Positions 6,892-13,109 of a stretch of 13,109 nucleotides of DNA are shown one piece after another. A program made the translations under genes and the position numbers. The notes beneath the pieces were generated by a model. It saw only the letters and a list, made by a program, of their open reading frames with translations, was not told where the DNA came from and did no database searches. This DNA comes from Planctomycetota bacterium. Lineage in GTDB: Bacteria; Planctomycetota; SZUA-567; H5-PLA8. The stretch spans positions 1-13,109 of the forward strand of contig BTVV01000158.1 in NCBI GenBank assembly GCA_045863855.1, written 5' to 3'. Every line of letters starts with the position of its first letter. Positions within the stretch are counted from its first letter, which is position 1.

Positions 6892-9027
6892 CTAGCTGCG
6901 CTCCGATGTCGGGACGGTGTCAGCCGGAGGCCGCTCGGCGCGCGCTTGCGAGCGGTCCCGCACGATCAGCAGCGGAATAGGGCATTCCCGGATCAACCGC
7001 TCCGGTTGTAAACCAAACCGGCGCTCCTGAAGCCCCCAGTCGGCGCCTAGCCCCACCACCACCAGATCGATACCTTTGCGGCAGCGCTCCAGCACGGCCT
7101 GAGCCGGTTGGCTGTGGCGCACCACTTCCATGGCCACTTCTCCGTGCGCTTCCCCGAAGACGGTCCGCACCATCTCGCGCGCGCCCTGCCGCTCGGGCCG
7201 GACCACGTGGAGCACCACTATGCTCGCGCCCTGGTTACGCATCAGCCGGCGCGCCAGCCCCAGTGCCGCGCGGTCATGCTGCGAGCCCTGAAACGGCACC
7301 AGCACGGTCTTGACCGAGCCCAGCCCGCGGTCCACCAGAACCGCCACGTCCGCCGGAGCGGCCTGCATCACCTCGTGGACCACCCCGCCCAAATACGTCT
7401 GACTGAACAGCGGCTTATGCAGGCCCAGCAGGACCAGGTTCGCCGCGCGGGCGCCCGCCACGCGGCAGATATCTTGCGCCGGCTCGGGGGATACGAACGA
7501 CATCGGGCGGACTTCCACACCCAGGCTTCGCCCGAAGGTCACCATCGAATCCAGCACCGCGCTCGATCCCGACCCCGCTTCTTCTCCAATCAACTCGGAT
7601 TCGCGCTGCTCCGGCGGCTTGAGGTGCAACGCGAAGATGCGGTCCTCTCCGGGACCGGCCAGATAGTTCGCCAGGGTCAACAGGCTGGGCCCCGAAGAGG
7701 CGTGCGAAGCGCATACGAGCACCCGGTAATCGCCGGCCGCCAACGGCGGCGGCTTTTCGGTCGCTTCGATCAGATCCCGGGCCATCGCGTCGTCGGGGTA
7801 TACCCACTTCAAGATCGGCGTCGTGATAAAGGTGGTCACCAGCGCCATCAAGACCATCATCGTGAAGACCGTCGGAGAAATAACGCCCAGGTCCAGCCCC
7901 AGGTTCAATACGATCAGTTCCATCAGCCCGCGCGTATTCATCAGGATGCCCAGCGCGCTGGCCTCGCGCCACGATAACCCGGTCAGCCGCGCCGGGATCG
8001 CGCTGCCCCCGAATTTACCCAGGCACGCGACGAAGATCACCACCGCGCAGACCACCCAGTCGCCCGCGCTGTTCAACAGCCCCAGTTCCGTGCGCAGTCC
8101 GCTGAACGCGAAGAAAAGCGGGAGAAAGACGATCACCACCAAGTCCTCCAGCTTCTCCGCAAGCGCGTGCGCGAAGCCGCCTTCCTTCGGGAAGATCGCG
8201 CCAAACAGAAAGGCCCCGAAGAGCGCGTGAATCCCGATCAGTTCCGTGGCCCACGCGGAAAGAAACACCAGCACCAGCACCGCCGCGACCACGTTCTGGG
8301 ACATCGCCGCGGCCGTGCCCGTGCGTTGAGCCAGCCGGTGCAGGAGCGGCCGCACGCCCCACCACATCGCCGCGATGTACGCCAGTGCCCAGGCGGTCGT
8401 CCATGCCGCTCCCGCCATTCCCGACGACCGCGCCACCGCCACCACGAAGGCCAGCACACACCAGGCCGTAACGTCGTCCACCGCCGCGCACGTGATCGTT
8501 ACCGCGCCCACCCGCGTGCGTAGCAGCCTGCGCTCCGTCAAGATCCGCGCCAGCACGGGGAACGCCGTGATACTCATCGCCGCGCCCAGAAACAGCGAGA
8601 ACGCCGTGAACGGCACCGATGCGTCGGAATACAGGGGGTACAGGTATATCGCCAGGAGCACGCCGAGTACGAACGGCACGATGATACTCGTGTGCGAGAT
8701 CAGCACCGAAGTGTGCCCGCGGCCCTTCAGCATCTGCGGGTCCAGTTCCAGACCCACCAGGAACATAAAGAGGATCAGGCCTACCTGGCTCACGACCTGC
8801 AACACCACCAGCGACTCCGGCGCGAAAAGCACCTGCGACGCGTCCGGGAAGAGCAGGCCCACCAGGGAAGGCCCCAGCAGAATCCCCGCCGTGATCTCGG
8901 CGATCACCAAAGGTTGCCCGACCCACTTGGATACCAACCCCAAGAGCCGCGAAGCCACGATCACAGAGACGGCCTGCGCCATGAAGCGGGTTAGCGGGTC
9001 GTGCACGAGATGCTTGAGCACGCTCAT
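6892..9027 (-). CDS. Cation:proton antiporter (CPA2, CHX/Kha-like) with C-terminal USP-like domains
   Basis: About 400 hydrophobic residues with QPLVIAEITAGILLGPS, FMFLVGLELD, SITAFPVLARIL, AAVDDVTAW, LPLFFAFSGLRT, GKFGG and MNTRGLMELIVLNLG. The soluble tail has USP-like motifs (LVLLGLH...LGGVVHEVMQAAPADVAVLV; VLVPFQGSQHDRAAL; DLVVVG). Confidence 0.95.
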   Translation of the reverse strand: MSVLKHLVHDPLTRFMAQAVSVIVASRLLGLVSKWVGQPLVIAEITAGILLGPSLVGLLFPDASQVLFAPESLVVLQVVSQVGLILFMFLVGLELDPQMLKGRGHTSVLISHTSIIVPFVLGVLLAIYLYPLYSDASVPFTAFSLFLGAAMSITAFPVLARILTERRLLRTRVGAVTITCAAVDDVTAWCVLAFVVAVARSSGMAGAAWTTAWALAYIAAMWWGVRPLLHRLAQRTGTAAAMSQNVVAAVLVLVFLSAWATELIGIHALFGAFLFGAIFPKEGGFAHALAEKLEDLVVIVFLPLFFAFSGLRTELGLLNSAGDWVVCAVVIFVACLGKFGGSAIPARLTGLSWREASALGILMNTRGLMELIVLNLGLDLGVISPTVFTMMVLMALVTTFITTPILKWVYPDDAMARDLIEATEKPPPLAAGDYRVLVCASHASSGPSLLTLANYLAGPGEDRIFALHLKPPEQRESELIGEEAGSGSSAVLDSMVTFGRSLGVEVRPMSFVSPEPAQDICRVAGARAANLVLLGLHKPLFSQTYLGGVVHEVMQAAPADVAVLVDRGLGSVKTVLVPFQGSQHDRAALGLARRLMRNQGASIVVLHVVRPERQGAREMVRTVFGEAHGEVAMEVVRHSQPAQAVLERCRKGIDLVVVGLGADWGLQERRFGLQPERLIRECPIPLLIVRDRSQARAERPPADTVPTSERS

Positions 9028-9030
9028 AGG

Positions 9031-9052
9031 TCGTTAAGTAACGCCTTAACGA
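9031..9052. promoter_or_regulatory. Perfect palindrome, candidate operator of the antiporter/XRE-EIIA operon
   Basis: TCGTTAAG (9031-9038), spacer TAACGC, CTTAACGA (9045-9052). It ends 3 nt upstream of the antiporter ATG at 9027. Confidence 0.6.
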
Positions 9053-9526
9053 AATGCCGGCAAGTCGGAAGCCGTATTTTTATTACCGAACGTAGCCTTG
9101 GCCGGCCTGCAGACCCGGAATGCCTTGGCACGTGAACTTGCGCAGCTCATCCGGAACTCGCTGCATACGGCAGGCGTCGTCCAGAAATTACCCAGCAAGG
9201 ACGGGAAATGCTCTGCGTTCCCTCCAACTTTGGTCATGCATGGCGCAACATACACCTTCACGGTCGGTCGGCAGTTGGCACGGTCACGCCTCATCTTTCC
9301 GCGTACCCTTGTTTGAACTGGTGCCCCTGCGCTGCGGCCGTTCGCAGCCAGTGCCGGACGGCGTCTCGCCCACGCTTTGCAACTCCACGCGTGTCCCTAG
9401 TTGAAACACGGTGATCGCACGGGTTGCGAACGTCCGCATCCCGTGGCACCAAATCCAGAAGGAGCAACGCGCTCACGATCGGTTGGTTAAGTTCCCCGTG
9501 CCACAAGCCCTTCTATTAAAATTCAG

Positions 9527-9934
9527 TCACCGTCTAGCTGCGGCTCTTATTAAGGCTATTACATTCGCATCGTCTTTAAGTTGGCACTCCCAAAGCACCA
9601 ATACGCGATAGCCAAGTCGTTGAAGCGCCGCCTTGGACCGGCGATCTCGAATCTTGTTGGCATTCTTCTTGGACTCCCAAAACGATCGGCGAGTGGTCGG
9701 CATGCTCCGGCCTCGACGACAAGAATGAGCGTGCCAGAAACAACCATGAACGAAGATCGCCAGTTTGCGGCGGGGCAGAACTAAATCAGGGGTGCCGGGC
9801 AATCTCGCGTCGTGCTTGGTGAATCGGAAGCGCATCGAGCGAAGGAGCGCCATAACGGCCTTCTCGGGCCGGGTACCTTTCGACCGAATTTTACTCATGA
9901 CACTTGAGCGCTGTTCAGGGGAAAGGCGATCCAC
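9527..9934 (-). CDS. vsr: Very short patch repair endonuclease
   Basis: Full Vsr signature: DRLSPEQRSSVMSKIRSKGTRPE, LPGTPDLV, AIFVHGCFWHAH, FWESK, NKIRD, VLVLWECQL. GTG start 3 nt after the upstream stop. Confidence 0.97.
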   Translation of the reverse strand: MDRLSPEQRSSVMSKIRSKGTRPEKAVMALLRSMRFRFTKHDARLPGTPDLVLPRRKLAIFVHGCFWHAHSCRRGRSMPTTRRSFWESKKNANKIRDRRSKAALQRLGYRVLVLWECQLKDDANVIALIRAAARR

Positions 9935-9937
9935 TCG

Positions 9938-11065
9938 CTACGTTCCAGCTGCGGTATTGCCCGCTTGCGGCTTTGTGGTTGCGGCCTTTACTACCTCCTC
10001 CGCCCAAGGCTTCAAATCTCGTTCGGGCATGCCTGGCCGCGCCGCTGTTGTAAGGTAGGCCCAGGCCACTTGTTCACGAAACGGGCTGTCGATCGAGGCG
10101 ACCCTGACAAAGTCGTGGTTGGAGGACTTGAAATCACCAATCGAAGCGAGTGGTATTATTTCAAGGTCTTTGAGGTTGGCCGCAGAGGTCGGGAGTATGT
10201 CACCGAAAGCGGGCAGAGGAAGCCAGCCATTCCAACTTCCCTGTGACAGTACCAAGCTGGCCAACTGCTTTTTCAAATCCTTGTCGTCCGATGGTTCGAC
10301 TGCCTTTTTGAACTTGTCCAGCATAGCCGCAGACGGAAAGCACTTAGCAACAAGCGCAGCCGGAACCTTTCCACCCCGCGCCAAATCGCAAGATGGGCTG
10401 AGTATGAGCCGGTAGCTCTCGGGGGAAGTCTTTGGGCTCCCTCGCTTGTAGATGATGTCTCCTGTCAAACAATCTCGGCCGATTGCGGGTACAAGGTACA
10501 CTTCCCAGCATGTCATCTTGCGATTGCCGATGAGCGTTGGATCGTCCATCGTCGCGGCGATCCGCCGCCGACCCGCGTGTAAAAGGTGCGATGCGTCATC
10601 CATCGGCATGTGGCCGTCACCGGCCGTGTCTCGCAGCACTTTGTGGATCACGGCGTCCACTTCCGTCCGGAGCGATCGCACCGATGCGGCGAATGGTGCA
10701 AAGCGCTGAAGGCTCGCCACGACCTTCGGCAGTGAGCCCTCTCCTTTGGCGATTCGCTCTACGAACCTCTGTCCCTGTCGAATTGCGGGGTCGATGTCCG
10801 CGTCAGTCCCCGAATAGATAACAATGGGGCAGAAAGACCCATCCCAGATCGATTTCCAGGTTTTCGCGCCTGGCAGGTTGGGTGACTGCAGTCCTTCCAT
10901 CAAGTCCAGAATCACTGCATCGGGCCTCTCGACAGCTACCCGCTCTACCCCCTTCTCGAAGTCGGCCTCGCAGTTGCAGACTATCCCACTGAAGGCTTCC
11001 GCTATTGCCTCGGTAAGCAACTCGTGATACTCGGGATCGTCGTCAATGATGAGAACGGTCTTCAT
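9938..11065 (-). CDS. Receiver (REC) domain protein with an uncharacterised C-terminal domain
   Basis: REC: VLIIDDD, PDAVILD (D54 phosphoacceptor position), PIVIYSG, IAKG. The C-terminal ~250 aa have no recognisable HTH, GGDEF or AAA motif but contain TGDII, LILSPSCDL and RVASIDSPFRE...RPGMP. A GGAG RBS lies in the 18-nt gap upstream. Confidence 0.85.
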   Translation of the reverse strand: MKTVLIIDDDPEYHELLTEAIAEAFSGIVCNCEADFEKGVERVAVERPDAVILDLMEGLQSPNLPGAKTWKSIWDGSFCPIVIYSGTDADIDPAIRQGQRFVERIAKGEGSLPKVVASLQRFAPFAASVRSLRTEVDAVIHKVLRDTAGDGHMPMDDASHLLHAGRRRIAATMDDPTLIGNRKMTCWEVYLVPAIGRDCLTGDIIYKRGSPKTSPESYRLILSPSCDLARGGKVPAALVAKCFPSAAMLDKFKKAVEPSDDKDLKKQLASLVLSQGSWNGWLPLPAFGDILPTSAANLKDLEIIPLASIGDFKSSNHDFVRVASIDSPFREQVAWAYLTTAARPGMPERDLKPWAEEVVKAATTKPQAGNTAAGT

Positions 11066-11083
11066 GGGCCAGGCTCCGCCGGA

Positions 11084-13109
11084 CTACTTCAAAGGGAGAT
11101 CGAACAGGAACGTTGCGCCGCCGAGTTTGCCCTTACGGTCAAGAGCCAGTTTCCCGTCATACTCGGCCACGATTTCGGATGCCACCGTGAGACCCATGCC
11201 GATGCCGCCGGGCTTCTGGGTGACTCCGGGCCAGAAAACCTTGTCGGCCATGTCCTCGGCCACACCCGGACCAGTATCGTGTACTTCCACAATCGCACGC
11301 TTGCCGTGAGCGGCTTTACGGATGCGGACTTCAACCTTGCGCACGGTGCCGCCCTTGTGGGCCAACCAGTAGACCGCGTTGGACAAGAGGTTGAGTAGCA
11401 CGGCATCAAGTTCGCCCGGATCTATGGCAACTTCCGTCGTCGAGCCAGTTGGAATAGTGATGACGATTTTTCCCGCGGTACATTCCCGTTCGAGCATCTC
11501 CACGCAGCGTTTCGTACTCTCTTCAATGATCGCGCTCCGAACCCGCCGCTTGAATTGCCGATTAGCGAGGGGCGCAAAGGTATTCGCCAGTTTGTCGAGC
11601 GCGGTCACTGCCGTTCGGCCCTTCTCGATCTTGCCGACCGCGTCCTTATCGTCGCTGGCAAGACCGATTCGCTTACTTAGCCAGTCGAACACGCTGCCCA
11701 AAATCGTCGTCCGTTGCCGAACTTCGTGAATCAGCATGAGGGCAATCGTGCCGACGGTGGCTAATCGGCTGTAATACACGAATCGCGTCTCGATCTCTTC
11801 ACGTGCCTTGTCCAGGTTGCCGCTAAACTCTTCGATGAGCGGCAGTGCTTCGGAAGCCGAGCCGCCTGCGTTGGCGACTTCGGCAACTCCGGAGACCAAC
11901 CCCTTAGCGTCCAGTTGCTTAAACAAGTCAGAAACGCGGGGCTCCTTCGGCGATTCGTGGCGATCCTTCTGTCGCTCGTTCTCCATCACTGAGACGATGA
12001 CGCGCAGCGTCTCCTCGAATGCCAAGACCTCGGGCGTGGCGGCCAAGCGTTCGCGATCACTAGTATCTTCAATTTTGGGATTCTTCGCAGCCGTAATCGC
12101 GACATAGCCCACTATCTGCGTTGTGCTCATCCGTTTGCCGACCTTGCCGATGCGGCGAACATCAAGATGCAACCAATCTCGCGTGCCTTCGGACTTTGGT
12201 AACACGAGGACACCATCCCGATAGACGGAGATGCCTTTATAAGTCTTGATGTCCTCTTTGATCTTGGCCTTTTTCAACTCGAAACGCTCGGCGATTTCGT
12301 GAAGATCGTCGGAAGCGTTGTCCCATGCACGAATATCGAATGTGAAAGCCCCAAACCCCGGATTCTTCATTGCCATAAGCGTTGCGTCTTCAGAATCATC
12401 GCGTATCTGCGACCAGTTGACGGTCCCCTTTGACGAGCGATGACCGTCCCCCTGCATGGCCGCGAACTCGTACTCATACTTTATCGTACCCTTATTGTTG
12501 ACCGTGCCCCGCACAAGGTACTTGGGGTGCTTCAGAAACTCGGGAGGTTCAACGTTGATCGTATTGTCGAACAATCCCTCCGGTGTACTGAGTCGAATGG
12601 AGAACTCATCAGGAACATCGAACGGAGGGAGTAGGCGAGCAAGATTATCGCGAAGATCATCCCATGCTTGGTCGTTCCAAACGGTCCTGAGTGGCCAAAT
12701 CCGCAAGCGCGTCCCTGAAGTCTTGAACGGCGGTTCGGCAGTCCGTTGAATCGTGGCGACGCATTGTTCAAGACTCCCGGATTTCGACAATGCCTCCCAA
12801 TCCACTTTGAGCGTCCAGCATTCCTCGCCATCCGTCTGCGTGACCATTTCCAACTTGCCGCCCAATCTTGCGGACGACAAACGCCCGAGTCCTTTTTCTC
12901 CCGATGTCCGGCGGTCGCGCTTACCCTTGTGCTTTGCGACCGAGTGTTTCTTGCGATACGGTGTTGCAACCGTACACCAAGCATCTTCAATCGTCGCACG
13001 ACTCATGCCCGAGCCGTTGTCCTCAATCTCCAGCATCCACTCCGTCTTGGATCGTTCGAAGCGGACATCCACCATGGTCGCATAAGCGTCGTAGGCGTTC
13101 TTCACCAAC
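11084..13109 (-). CDS. GHKL (MORC/MutL-like) ATPase fused to a histidine kinase (HisKA + HATPase); 5' end truncated
   Basis: First GHKL fold: LVKNAYDA, IEDNGSGMS, GEKGLGRLS, SGTRLRI, then an S5-like region (GISVYRDGVLV, QIVGYVAI, DTSDRE). Kinase: H-box LIHEVRQ (His codon 11726-11728), N-box NLLSNA, DTGPGV, VFWPGVTQK, GIGMGL. The true start lies beyond base 13109. Confidence 0.92.
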   Translation of the reverse strand, partial: LVKNAYDAYATMVDVRFERSKTEWMLEIEDNGSGMSRATIEDAWCTVATPYRKKHSVAKHKGKRDRRTSGEKGLGRLSSARLGGKLEMVTQTDGEECWTLKVDWEALSKSGSLEQCVATIQRTAEPPFKTSGTRLRIWPLRTVWNDQAWDDLRDNLARLLPPFDVPDEFSIRLSTPEGLFDNTINVEPPEFLKHPKYLVRGTVNNKGTIKYEYEFAAMQGDGHRSSKGTVNWSQIRDDSEDATLMAMKNPGFGAFTFDIRAWDNASDDLHEIAERFELKKAKIKEDIKTYKGISVYRDGVLVLPKSEGTRDWLHLDVRRIGKVGKRMSTTQIVGYVAITAAKNPKIEDTSDRERLAATPEVLAFEETLRVIVSVMENERQKDRHESPKEPRVSDLFKQLDAKGLVSGVAEVANAGGSASEALPLIEEFSGNLDKAREEIETRFVYYSRLATVGTIALMLIHEVRQRTTILGSVFDWLSKRIGLASDDKDAVGKIEKGRTAVTALDKLANTFAPLANRQFKRRVRSAIIEESTKRCVEMLERECTAGKIVITIPTGSTTEVAIDPGELDAVLLNLLSNAVYWLAHKGGTVRKVEVRIRKAAHGKRAIVEVHDTGPGVAEDMADKVFWPGVTQKPGGIGMGLTVASEIVAEYDGKLALDRKGKLGGATFLFDLPLK

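Noticed and set aside
7108..9037. Long alternative ORFs over the antiporter (7108..7977+, 8015..8926-, 8375..9037+)
   Set aside because: Low-complexity alternative-frame translations overlapping a strongly supported gene.
9028..9055. dif-like reading of the palindrome (two arms, 6-bp spacer, xer gene in window)
   Set aside because: The arms do not match the XerD consensus TTATGTTAAAT or have TAA/TTA directly flanking the spacer; the position at a start codon fits an operator better.
9127..9142. Sigma54-like TGGCACGTGAACTTGC
   Set aside because: Spacing is GG-N11-GC rather than the required GG-N10-GC, and no credible plus-strand gene follows.
9421..9451. tRNA-3'-end-like string GGGTTGCGAACGTCCGCATCCCGTGGCACCA as a possible att site
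   Set aside because: Ends in CACCA but has no TTCRA loop in a proper T-arm and no cloverleaf upstream.
9046..9506. Small ORFs 9046..9294 and 9291..9506 (minus) and overlapping plus-strand ORFs
   Set aside because: No recognisable motifs, and ORFs of similar length occur in several frames. The two minus ORFs overlap by ATGA, so small genes are not fully excluded.
1..9526. Integron (tyrosine recombinase plus minus-strand cassettes)
   Set aside because: The recombinase is Xer-like without the IntI-specific insertion, core genes intervene, and no canonical RYYYAAC...GTTRRRY attC with proper L boxes was found.

Overview
GC-rich bacterial chromosomal window with three parts. (1) Core-like genes, 1-4811: a XerC/XerD-type tyrosine recombinase on the minus strand (3' end runs off the window and it is absent from the ORF track), a divergent NtrC-family sigma54 response regulator, a Memo/AmmeMemoRadiSam-B protein and an AlkA-like HhH-GPD glycosylase. 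(2) Minus strand, 5047-9027: a lower-GC secreted protein of unknown function and a two-gene operon encoding a CPA2/CHX-like cation:H+ antiporter with a USP-like tail plus an XRE-HTH/PTS-EIIA fusion. A perfect palindrome sits directly upstream of this operon. (3) A lower-GC accessory block, about 9060-13109, minus strand: a tightly linked operon of a MORC/MutL-like GHKL ATPase fused to a sensor-less histidine kinase, a receiver protein with an unassigned C-terminal domain, and a Vsr endonuclease. Block 3 is the best candidate for an under-characterised system, probably a restriction-modification-linked phosphorelay whose 5' part lies beyond the window. No tRNA, rRNA, CRISPR array or transposase was found. 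All calls come from motif reading only; no searches were run.
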